A DNA stretch of 64,000 bases from Antechinus flavipes (lineage: Eukaryota), in NCBI RefSeq assembly GCF_016432865.1, contig NC_067399.1:114328001-114392000 (forward strand). Direction: 5' to 3'. Of this stretch, positions 24,523 to 37,069 are shown one piece after another. The stretch's first letter is position 1; every line of letters starts with the position of its first letter. The translations under genes and the position numbers were made by a program. A model generated the notes under the pieces. The model made no database searches and had not been told where the DNA came from. It saw only the letters and a program-made list of their open reading frames with translations.

Positions 24523-27500
24523 TAAGTACATCCTGTTTGCCAGGCCTCATACCAAAATTCAAATTTAAAAAATGGGACAATTTACTGAAAAAAGTATAAA
24601 CACAAAGCTACTAGTTACAAAGTAGTTACAAAGAGAGAACCCTAGCAGTTGGAGGCTTCTAAAAGCTAATACTCAAAATTGAGCTTTTTGAAGAAAATGA
24701 TTCCTTGAAGTGGAGGTGAGGAGCATAGCATTATAGGCACAAAGAGCCTCAATGCAAAAGCAAGTGAAAAGAAATAAGAGAAACTGAAAGAGCTGTTTGG
24801 TTGGATTAGAGATTGTGGGAAAGGGGAGGGGAAAGGAGGGGAGGGAAGCGGGGATAATAGGTTAGGGTAAGATTGTGAAGTACTTTTAAACAGGTATTTA
24901 ATACCATTATTCAAATGGTTTGAGAGAAAGTTTACTGAATAGATTTACACTGGAATATTGAGATACTTGAAACAAACTCATTGAGAAACTTTTATAGTAA
25001 TCTAGGCAATAGGTAATAGGAGGATCTTAAGTAGGTCATAACTGTATGAGTAGATAGAAGATTCAAGAAGTATTGTGGAAGAAAACCAGCAAGATATAGG
25101 AGTTGTTTCAATGTGGGGTTAAAATCCTAACTCTGCCCTTTAGAATCTTATGTAATTTTGGATGAGTAGAGTAAGCCTTCTAGGCCTTTTTTCTCATCTG
25201 TAAATTGAGGATATTACACAAGTGACATTTCTTTCTGACTTCATTTGTATACAGATAGTCAAAGATTTTTAAGGAAGTCAGCTACGTAGTAACTATTCTG
25301 TCTGAAGACAGCAGTTTTGTTTTGTTTTGTTTTCCCTTAAATTATTTATGTATTCCTAAGCCATATAATTGAGCTTTAATTCTGCCCTGTGTAAGGAAAG
25401 TGCAAATGATTTAGTTTTTACTTTGTACAGTGTTGATTTCTAGACTATTATGAAGCTGATTTTTGAAAGTAAATCCTTGAAAAAAGAAAAAGTAATCCTG
25501 TAAGATCCTGTTAGGTAGCTGCCTTGAATGGCCTTAAGGGAAAAGAATACTGAGAAGAAAGGGAATTTTTAAATAGAGATAGGAAAGGCCATTGGGAACA
25601 GAAAACTCTTTAACTTCTTTTATTTGTTTATTTTTTGTGTGTCAGTCCAGCTAATGTTATGTAAATTGTTGCATATAAACTATTCTTATCGTATTCTTGA
25701 TTTGTTCTGGAGTCATTTAACATGCTCTTTTTTTCTAGTCTTTCTCCAAAAGAGATCTAAAAAAATTTTTTGTTGTTTAACAACAGAAGCCGCACAATAA
25801 ATATTTATTGAATTGAATGTTAACAATTTTTTTCCCCCACAGGAACTTATAGAATGTAAAATAATTATTTCCTCTTTTTTCTTTTGATGGCAATTGGAAT
25901 TGGGTGGCTTGCTTAGAGTCAGACAGCTAGGAAGGTTTAGTATCTGAGACTGGGTTTATGGCTTCAAGGCACATGCTTTGTCCGCTGCTCTATTTATTCT
26001 CTAAAATCTTTCAAGAAGCAAGTCTTAAGAATATCTGGCATAGAAATACTTTTGAAATTTAGATTTTTCTCAAGTCACTTTTCATATAGTTTAAAAGCTA
26101 GGAGAAACATCATGACTTATTGTTCAAAAAAGATCTGCTATAAACTAAACATAATTGCTCACAGCACCATTGTAAGGTAATTCCTCCCCTCTTCCCCCCC
26201 CCCCCATACACACACACAAACAATTTTGTGGTGATAGATGTTACCATCATTTTATAGCTTTTCAATAATATTTTCCATAATTTACATAATCTTTCAATTT
26301 GAATCCGCATGGAATATGCATAGGCAGCTGTCTTTCTTTAAAGTAAATAAGCCTTGGATTTAAGTGTTTCCTTTTACTTTATATTAGTTATCTGAACATG
26401 GAAAGTTATTCATTCCATTTCTCAGTCCCAGGCTTAAGGACTAAGTTCAGACTTCATTTGAGGAAGTAGTTTCTATACAAAGAATTCTCCTTTGCTAATA
26501 TATATCATTGATATATAGCTTCCCCTTTTCCTCCTCCCAATAAAGAAAGAAAAGGGGGGAAAAAGTCTTTAAGATAACTCCTACAAACTCCTTGGTATTA
26601 TAACCATTAATAAAATAAGTTACTTATTTCTTGACTTCTAACTCTTAACTATTTTCTTTTCCCAGTAAAAAGCAAAATTTTAAACCAAGGGAAAAACATC
26701 ATAAAAGATCAACCAGCTAGTTGGGTTGGAAGTACAGGTAATCTTTTATTTTGACTTACAAATAATAGCCTAATTAAATTTATACTTTTACATTTCTGCC
26801 CTATGTGCCAAAAGGACTCCTGCCTTCTAGAAGAATGTAGAATTTCTTGAATCTTATATAGGTAAATATATACTATATAAACATACGTATACATATAAAT
26901 AAAAAGTGAATATATAGGCTTATAAGTATTAGTCTAGAATTTAAGGGCTGTTTTCCTTCCCTTCTCCCCAAATAATTTTTTAATTTGTAGGATCTAGAAC
27001 AAGAAGAACTAGAGACAATCTAGTTCAACTTTCTTACTTTACATATAGAGAATGGATATCCAAGAAGGTCCATAGGGTCAGAGTTAGAGTTAAAAGTGAT
27101 AGGTTCCAGCATCCTCTTTTTATGGATGAGAAAACTGAAGCCCACAGGGATTAAGTGCCTTGTGTGAGATCCCACAGATAGTAATTGACAGGGCTGGAAT
27201 TTGAACCCAGATGCTCTGACTCCAGATGAGCTGTGTTTTTTCCATACCACTTTGCCAGATAACTAATGAGTAAACATAACTTCATTTGAAACTGTTACAA
27301 AATTTCTTGACAGCTTTTAAAAATGTCAGTTCTTAATTCAATTATTCTTTATATACATAGGAGTTATATACATATACACTACTTAAATGATATGTAGTGA
27401 TTTATTTTTAAAAAAACAAACAAACCAGTGACTAGTTTTCCTTTGCTAACTGAAATATGACAGGTCAAATTTTTAGGAAATGGAAACTTATTTTTTTCAT

Positions 27501-29136
27501 TACCTTAACAGACACATAATGGAGAAAATAAAGCCTGTCTCCAAACTCATATAGCATATGATAAGTCAAATATAAAGCACCGTTTTTAGATTATCCATGA
27601 CATCACTTGTCCTCAAATAATGTGGATAATGTTGAGTTGATTACATTTTGTTAATTATTTTATGACCTCTGTATAATATTTCTATCAGTGAAAGATCTGT
27701 AATGATAATTGCAGTTTAGCGTGAAATACAACTTACAGGTATATGCAGAGAATATCTTTTCTTGGCTCATGGTTACTACCACCATAATTTCTGTTATTTT
27801 TAATTTCTGATATTTTTGATACACTTTGTAGAAATAAATCCAGGTCTCAAGCAAGAACTGATTTCATGAAGAATTTTTAATCCCAAAAGATAAACCTGGT
27901 TAAAGCATGTGAACTATTGAAATAGTTGCAGAGAAACAAAAATTAGAAAGTAAGGATAGAACAAATTGGAAGAATTTTAGAGTGTGAGGGGAATTGGAAA
28001 TTAAGAAGCAGAGAATAACCAGTAGGCTTAGAATTATGAAAGGTTAAAGCTCTAAAGGATGTCTTTGGATAATCTTCATTTTACAGTTGAGGTACCAGAA
28101 GCTGAGAAATAAGTAGATTGCTCAAGGTCAGCAGCAGAGCTAAGACTAGAACCCTAGGATTCCTGATTCCTAATGCACAGCTTTGCTATTGCAACATTCT
28201 GCCAAAACAGTGAAGACTGGAAAACTGAAAAAGTCAAGTCACTTTATTTTTTATCTATAAAGTATAAATTTTATACTATAAAATATAAACTAAAATACTC
28301 CCTAGGAGAAATTAATCTAAGTCTAAAAATTGGCATCTTCAATTTTTACAATTTAAATGACAGATAGGGAAATATATTTAAAAGAATTATAAATGTTTAA
28401 TCCATATCAGGTAAAAATAATTGAAACACAAAATCTTACAAAAACAAATGTTGAAGACAAACAAAAAACTTGTACCCAAGAAAAATGTCATTGATTCCAT
28501 CCTTGAAAATTTCATTTCTTTTCTTCAGCTGTCTTCAGTTCTGTATTTATTTTCTTAGTTTTCCAGTCTTGTCCCAGATAGATTTTTTTAAATTTCAAAA
28601 TGAATATTTTAAATACTTCTAATATGAATTTTTAAAATAAATAAAGCTTTTTCTTATTTCTCTATGATAATTTTAGTGTTGGTCTTGTTTTGCTGTTCAA
28701 CTCTAATTAGGTTATTAAAAGCATTTCTGTACTTCCTCTCAAAAATGAACAATTTGGTCATATTTGGTTGTTGATGTTATTTCATTCAATTTAAATAATG
28801 TTATATCTATCATCAGTTTGTTAACACTGTGATGTATATGTGTAATCTTTTATTATTAAAATTGAGAAAATTTGAAAGAATATTTGACTGCCCAGTTTTT
28901 AAAATATTTGAAAGCATAGCTTTAATAATAGGATCATAGGTCCCTTATGTTTCTGAAAGGAACCTTTGAGATCATCCAGTTCATTATCTTCACTTTTTTA
29001 GACATGAAACTGAAGTCCAGAGAAGTTATATACAGACAATAAGTGGCAGAGTCAAGATTCAGATCCAGGCCCTGGGATTATCTAGACGGTATGGTGTAGT
29101 AAATAGAGGGCTGTGCTTGAGTTAAGATCTGAGTTC

Positions 29137-30090
29137 CTGCATACCCTTTGAATCGACAAATACCATTGTTAGTTCAGGATTTCAGAGAGATCCAAAAAAA
29201 AAAAAAAGGACCCACTTATACAAAAATAGGAATAGCAACTTTTTTGGTAGCAGCTAAGAATTGGACTTTGAGGGGATACCCATCAACTGGGGAATGGCTG
29301 AATAAGTTGTGGTATATGATTGTGATGGAATATTATTGTATTATGAGAAATGACAAGCAGATGATTTCAGAAAAATCTGGGAAGACATATAGGAACTAAT
29401 ATAAAGTGAAGTGAGCAGAGAGAACATTGTACCCAGCAACAGCAATATTGTAAGGTGAAGAATTGTAAATGACTAGCACATTCTCAGCAAAACCATAATC
29501 TAAAACTGTCCCAAAGAACCCATGATGAAACATGCTGTCTGCCTCCAGAGAAACAAGTGATGTCTGAATATAGATTGAAGCATACTATTTTTCACTTTAA
29601 TTCTTTTTTGTTATTCAGGTACAAAATTATTAATATGGAAATGTTTTGCATGATTTGTACAGATAGAACCTATGTCAGATTGTTTGCCATCTCAGGGAAG
29701 GAGAAAGAAAAAGAATAGAATTTGGAACTCAAAACTTAAAAGAAAACAAATGTTAAGGAAAATTTTTTGGAGCTAGCTGTCATTCATTATAAGGGGAATG
29801 TGACCACTGATTAAGGCTGCAATACATACATTTTGATAAGCATAGAACAAAGAACAGAACAGAAGCCATCTAATTGGCCAGCATTACAAAGATGAATGAT
29901 TATTATTAGCTACATCAAACAAAGACCACTTTCATTGTTAACGATGTGACAAGGTCAGGTTGTCCTAGCCAACTTGTCATTTCTCAGGAATACCCTACTA
30001 ATCTTGTAGGAGATGCTGAGACAATTAAGGATTGTTTTAATACTTAATTGAGGAGAGAGGAATAAAATTTTACTTTAAAAAAAAAAAAAA
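29137..30090 (+). mobile_element. 5'-truncated L1 with ~310-bp non-L1 3' extension and poly(A), inserted in a MIR/MAR1
   Basis: TSD CTGAGTTC at 29129-29136 and 30091-30098; AATAAA 30061-30066; A-tail 30077-30090. Confidence 0.65.
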
Positions 30091-31799
30091 CTGAGTTCAG
30101 ATTTCTTCTCTGACACTATTCTTTGGAGCAGTAAAGGTATTTAACTTCCATCTGTGGATCTTCAAAACTCCCTAGAACTTGATAGATAAACTGTAGCCTG
30201 GTCTATGGATGTAAGGATAATAATCACATAAATTTTGATTGTTTGAATTTTAAAATAAGCACATTTTCCTACTATTTCAAGCTGCTTCAAATAGACCCAT
30301 AGTCACTATTGTTTGTTATTAATTGCCATGCATATAAATATTGAAACAAGAGACTTCAGCTTTGCTTGCTGGGATTTATTTTGCTAGGTTTTTTTTTTTT
30401 AAAAAACATGAATTCAGTTTTTTCGGGGGGTTGATGAATAGTATGAAAAAGATAGGATAGGTAAGGTCTTAAGAAATAGTCTTGGGTTGTTTTAATTGTT
30501 CTGAATTTTTTTCTGATAATGAATGTTTTTCAAAGTTGTTATGTTTTTAGTTTTTTATATAAGCATACTTTAATGTAACATCAAGAAAAAAGGAGTGAAG
30601 CCAAATGGAAGATAAGTGATTTATCTTTTACCTTTAAAAGAAGTCATGTTTTACATGAGTATAAAGTCATTTTACTTATGTAAATAAAAAATTATATATG
30701 TATTTATACATATATAGACACATGTGAGCTATGCAGTACACATTTCATAGCCCATGATTGTGGTCTTGTGGTATTTTGAGTTTTTCTTTTTCAGAAAGTA
30801 TAATGTTAGATCATCTTAATGAGGTGAAATAACGTCAAGATCCATGAGAAAATTTAAGAAAAAAGCAAAATTGTACATATCTATTCATTCAAAAAGTATT
30901 AAGCTTTTGCTGTGTGCCAGGTACTAAATGTACTAAGTCTGAGAAGACATATACAGAAACCTCAAGGAACATATATTCTATTAGCAGAAAATGAAATACA
31001 AAATGTATACAGAATAATTTCCAGGGAAGGGAGGGAGGGTTGGGATTAAAAACTGGAAGGATCAGGATACCTGTGAATTGAGCTTAAAAATTTTCAGGAA
31101 ATAGGTTTCTAGCGGGAGGTGTGGAGGGAGAAAATTCTGTTTTTAGCCTGGACAAAGGAACAGAAAATCCTGTTTGAAGAACAGCAAACAATCCAGTTTG
31201 TCTAGAATCAGTCAAGAAGAATGAATTTATGTATCTAAAATGTGTTAGGCATTTTAGGCATGATGCTAGGTGCCACAAATATAAGTACAAAAGATGAATT
31301 CCTGCTCTTTAAAAAAAACTTATATTTTTAAAAAAGTCAGCTGAAATCCACCTCCTTCCCATCTCCTTTCTCCCACTGCTATTGAAAAGAAAAGAAAAAG
31401 CTACCATTCCAACTACATACACACACAACACACACACACGGCTCATTCTACAATTTGGATCTTTCTCTATCTGGAAGTGAGTAGTATGGTCCATTAATTA
31501 GTCCTTTGGAATCATGACTGAAGATTACACCGATCAAAATCTCTAATTCTTTTAAAGCTATTTGTCCTTATTGCTTGCTGTCAGTGTACAGATTCTTCCT
31601 CTGGTTTTCTTTGCTTCACTCTTAATCAGTTCATGCAAGTCTTCCTAGATTTCTCTGAAACTAATTCCATTATTATGAGACAAAAATATTACATTTATAT
31701 ACTATTAAGTTGTTTGTCTGTTACCCAGTTTATGGGTGTCCTCTCAGATTTTCATTCTTTGCCACATCAAAAGGAGCTATATTTTATACATCCTTAGAG

Positions 31800-32030
31800 T
31801 TAATTTAGCCAGTTGGACAGAGAACCAGGCCTGAAATAAGCTAGTTCATTTTTCCAAGATCAAATCTGGCATCATCCTAGCTATGTGTGATCCTGGGCAT
31901 GTCATTTAACCTTATCTGCTTTAGTTTTCTCATCTATAAAAAGAGCTGGAAAAGTATATGGCAAAGCACTCCAGTATTTTTGCTAAGAAAATCCCAAATG
32001 GGGCCATGAAGGGTCAGATAATGACTGAAA
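31800..32030 (+). mobile_element. MAR1-like SINE
   Basis: CORE and RTE-like tail (ccagtatttttgctaagaaaatcccaaatggggccatg). Confidence 0.7.
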
Positions 32031-32319
32031 CCATATGTTTACTTTGCTTGTGATATTCTTAAAATATCCTCTCATTCATTCCATGTTCTCTGGTTTTCCT
32101 GTTAAGTAAGTTGTATTTTTGTTACCAAATCTAAGTGTATCTGTTTCCCTTTTTTAACTTGTTCAAATGACAGTGAAGTACATGGGTCAGCCAATTCTTC
32201 CACAGCTCTTTCCTCCATGTTTATGTACATGTCTACATGTACACCTTGATTTTGTGAGATGATTCACTCTCACCTTCTCTTACCCACTGCTCCACCTCCA
32301 GTGTATTGTTCTTCCTCTC

Positions 32320-33920
32320 TGCATTCTTTTTTTTAAGCTTTTTATTTTCAAAATATGTACATAGATTATTTTCAATACTCATTCTTGCAAAACCTTGTTT
32401 TTTCTTCTCCCTTCCCCCTTCTTCCTCCCCTAGATGGCAAGTAATCCATTATATGTTAAACATGTGCAGTTCTTCTATACATATTTCTACAATTAGCAAT
32501 GCAGCACAAGAAAAATCAGATCAAAAAGGAAAAAATTGAGAAAGAAAACAAAGAAGCAAACAACAAAAGTGAAAAATACTCACTTCCTACTGTGCTTTCC
32601 ATGCATACAGATGGCTCTTTCCATCACATGACCATTGGAACTAATCTGAATTATCTCATTGTTGAAAAGAGCTATGTCCATCAGAATTGATTATCATATA
32701 ATCTTATTGTTGCCATGTACAATGTTCTATTGTCTACTCACTTCACTTAGTATCAATTCATGTCTCTACAAGCCTTCTGAAATCTTCCTGCTGATCATTT
32801 CTTATAGAACACTAATATTCTATTATATTCATATACCATAGTCTATTTAGCCATTCCCCAACTGATGAGCATCCACTCATTTTCCAGTTCCTTGCCACTA
32901 CAAAAAGGGCTTCTACAAATATTTTTGCACATGTGGGTCCTTTCCCTTTTTTATGACCTCTTTAGGGTACAGATCTAGTAAAGACACTGTTGGATCAAAG
33001 GGTATCTTAAGATACTTAAGATTATCAGGACATAACAGAATCATTCTTTAATTAGTCACTCTTGTGTCCCCCTAATGAAAGGGTTCAGTGGAAATACCTG
33101 TATCAGTTCTTCATCTTAAAATGTAAGCAGTTTATGTTTGGTTCTTTATCTTGTTTGTTTGTTTGTTTGTTTGTTTTTAATGTTTCTTTGAACTCTTGTG
33201 TTTGGACTTCACTATTGCTACACAGCTCTGGATTTTATATCAGGAATGCTTGGAAATCCTCTATTTCATTAAAATTCCTCTTTTTGTCCTTAAGAATCAT
33301 ATCTGATCTTGGTGTTTGGTTTTGTTTTTTAACGTGGAAGCTATGGGTTTGGCTATAAATGCACCTGGGAGTTTTCATTTTGGATATTCTTTTGAAAGGT
33401 TACCATAGATTCTTTCTATTTCTATTCCGCCCTCTGGTTCTTAGAAATCCAGGCAGTTTTCTTTTAAGATTTTATGAAATAATGAGGTTATTGTTTTGGT
33501 CATGGCATTTAGGTAGTCAAATAATTCTTAATTATTTTTCTCAATTTGTTTTCTAGATGAGCTGTTTTTGCTTTTGATTTTGTTTTATTATTTCTTGTTG
33601 TCAAATGGAGTCACTGACTTTATTTAGTCCATTCTATTTTTCCAGGAGTTTGTTGCTTAACCAAGGTTTTGTATCTTTTGTGTCAAACTGTTAAATTACC
33701 TTTCCAATAATTTCTTCTGTAACTCATTTCTTTTCCAATTTTCCCCCTCTAGAACTCTCATTTCATTGACAAGTATTTTTAACTTTTTTTAAAAAAATTA
33801 TTGCTTCATTTCTTCCAGGAATTCTTGTCGAATTTGTACATGTAATGTATTTTTATTTGAGGCTTTGCTTGTAGATACTTTGGAATATTCCTGTGCTTGC
33901 CTTGAACATCCCTGTTACTA
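32320..33920 (-). mobile_element. Antisense LINE-1 fragments (3' end ~32320-33000; older ORF1 piece ~33230-33920)
   Basis: ttttttttaagctttttattttcaaaa 3' terminus; same family as 1290-1937. Confidence 0.65.
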
Positions 33921-34574
33921 TAATAGCTTTTTATGGTGAAATTCTTCTTCCTCCTCCCTCTCCCCTTTGACTTTGGCTTTGATGTTAGGGCCAGGCATTG
34001 TGCCTCTCTGGAGACATCTGGGCTGATCTGTTGCTGCTTTTTGAAGAATTGGAGGGTTATAATGATTATCAGGGTACGCTTAAGCTAGCAATCTGCAAGC
34101 TTTCAGTGTTCCCACAATGGTCTGATCTAGAGTAAAGTTTTATTGCTGCCTCCTTGGTATAAGCTATGTGATTTTCTGACCTGGGTTTGGTTCTTGGCAA
34201 TAGTAGAATGTTGCTGGATTCAGATGGGAAACTGCTATTTCAGTGACAGAAGCATGGATTTCTCTTGGATTAGAAATTCTTGCCATGGTTATTCCTTTGT
34301 AGATTTCAGAGCCACTTGCTTGCTGCTAATGCTCACTTCTGAACTTGCTTCTTTTTTAGTTCACTTCCCAGGGCCTCCCCACTTGGGAATGCCACCTCTG
34401 AAAATAAGAACTTTCATCAGTATGCTATGGATCTTTGCCCTGGAATTGGATAGGGGGTACCTATCTTCATTGAAGTGCTCTATTATGAGTCTACAGACAT
34501 CCTGATATAAAGGTCTTAAACTTCTTATTTTGGTCAACAGTCTCCTGTGCCGGAATGCTCTACAAATAGTTCTC

Positions 34575-34724
34575 TTAGCAAATTGCCATCCCCAGTGCCC
34601 AGAGCCTTTTTTGTTTCCCCACATTGATCTGGGCTGGAAAAGTAAGTCATTAGCAAATTGCCATCCCCAGTGCCCAGAGCCTTTTTTGTTTCCCCACATT
34701 GATCTGGGCTGGAAAAGTAAGTCA
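34575..34724. repeat. Perfect 75-bp tandem duplication (2 copies)
   Basis: 34575-34649 equals 34650-34724; TT microhomology at 34725-34726. Confidence 0.95.
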
Positions 34725-35059
34725 TTGTGATCTTGTTTGGATTTCACCATCCAGATTAATTCTGGTGTGTTTTCTGGATCTATTTGGAATACTGTTTGGA
34801 CGAGTGTGTGTATGTATTGTGTGTGTACATGTACATGAAGGAACAAGTAATGAGGCAAAAAGGTAAGTTGAAGCAAGATTGTAAAGGCCTTTAAATGCCA
34901 GACTGGAGAATTTATGTTTTAATTATAGAGCCAAGAGAAGTTACTGGAGCTTCTTGGGGTCAGGAGGATGATAGTTAAAAATTTGTTTTTATATAATCAT
35001 AAAATTTGAGAGTTAGAGGGAGCCCAATTTAGTTAAACCCAAGCACCAGAAGAAACCTT

Positions 35060-36130
35060 TTAGTATGCTCATCAAGCAGTTAGTGTTGCTTATCCTTGAA
35101 GACCTCCAAGGAAGGAGGAGGTGGTAAATTACCAGCCTATTCTGCTTTTTTAACAAGTCACATTGTTGTAAAATTTTTTCTAACATCAAAATTAATTGGA
35201 TCTCTGTGATTTCTATTCACTACTAATGGTTCTGGCCTCTGAGACCAAATATCCCTGTTTGCTTTAACCAAATCCTTCTGTGATAAGAACTCAAGATCCT
35301 TTACCATCTTTTGCACTCATTTTCTCTCTAGTTTATTAGTGGTACCTAGAACTAAAAAAGACCAGGTGAGATCTAATGGACATGGTACAATGGAACTATT
35401 GTTTACTTTTTTTCTTGGTTGCTATGTCTTCCTTTAATACAGCCTAGTAAAGAATCAATGTTTTTGTTTTTGTTTTGGCTTCCACATCACACTGGCGATT
35501 TACATTGAACTTGTTTTCTATTAAAATCTTTCAGGACAACTGATATCCCCAGCCATGCTTCCCATTCCATCTTGTAATTGTGAATGAAGTTGATTTTTTT
35601 GGTATCCAAGTGCAGGACTTTACATTTATTTTGCTTATTAAATTTATCTTAATAAATCCAGTCCAGTGCTTTACTTAGTTATCTCTACTAGCTTTGTGTC
35701 AAATGCAAACAAGTGTGCTGTCTGTGCCTTTATTCAAGTCATTGATAAAAATGTTAAAAATAGCAACAGGCAAAAGGGAAGATTCCCTTCAGAGCCTCAC
35801 TGAAGACATCATTCTATGTTTACATTGAACTATGAACACCTTCTTTTGGAATCTAGCCATTCATCCAGTTCTGAATCTCTCCATTTTATCCACAAGAATA
35901 GCATGATATCTTTTATCAGAAGCTTTTCTAAATTCCAGTTACAATCCATCCATAGCATTTCCCCTTACCTACTAGTTAGTAATCCCATTAAAATAAAAAA
36001 GAGCTTGATTTTTAGCCAAGATGGGTTCTTGATGAAACTCTGCTAGCTGTTTGTAATCAACATTTATCTTTCTTGATATTCAGCAACCATGTCTTTAGTG
36101 ATACTTTGTAGAATTTTCCCAGAAGTTGGT
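35060..36130 (-). mobile_element. CR1/L3 LINE fragment (RT region)
   Basis: Minus strand gives an AFDTKL remnant of the FADDTKL RT motif and other CR1-like stretches. Confidence 0.55.
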
Positions 36131-37069
36131 CTCCGTGGTCTATTTTTTGCAAACCCCCCCCCCTTTTTTTTTTTAAATTTGAGACATTTTCCCATATCCA
36201 GTTTTGTGATAGCTTTAGAAATACCAATTTGGCAGCTTTATAGCAGACAGATTGGAGAAGAAAGAGAGGGGAAACAGGAAAACCCATTAGTATGTTACAG
36301 TAGTAGTAGTCTAGATAAAAGATGATTAGAATCTGACCTGGGTAGTGGCTGTTTTAATGCAGAGATAACTTTGGATACACGCTATATTGTAGAAATTGAA
36401 TCAGTAAAACTGGGAAACTGATTCAGACATAAGAGAGACTGACTTCGAAGTTTCCATTTCCAATTTTCTAGAGCAATAGTGGTGCCTACCACAGTGATGG
36501 TATTTGAAAGGGTATTGTTTTAAATGCTTATGGGACATCCCATTTGAAGATGTTGAACAGGAGCTTAGATCCATAGTTTTTTAGGAAACAGTAGTGAGGA
36601 GGGAATTGGTAGATGAGGACTTAATGATAGAAAAAAAAATACTGGAAAAAATATAAATAAGCAAAAGGAACTTGAGCAAGAGAAAAATATCAGTTTTGTT
36701 ATTATCTTGTAGGATGTAATCTAAACTTAAACTGTATATGATAGAAATTTGATTTTATATTTAATCCTCTTTTCTGTTCTTTTGGATGTTAAAGTGTTGG
36801 TGTTTGATAAATTATTTAAGTTCATAACAAAAAAAAAAAGAAAATACAGAGAATAAGAGTCAAGGAAGGGGAATACTTGTTTGTATAACACTTACTATGT
36901 GCCAGATACTGTGCTAAATATTTCACAATTATTATCTCTTTTAATTCTCATAACCATCCTGGAAAGTAAGTGCTAGCATTATCCCCATTTTATAGTTGAA
37001 GAAACTAAGCGAAACAGGGATTAAGTAACTTGTCCAGGCTCATATAGGTAGTAATCAAGATTTTAAAAT

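Noticed and set aside
34361-34876. ORFs with a repeated 25-aa unit
   Set aside because: A by-product of the 75-bp tandem duplication; no coding features.
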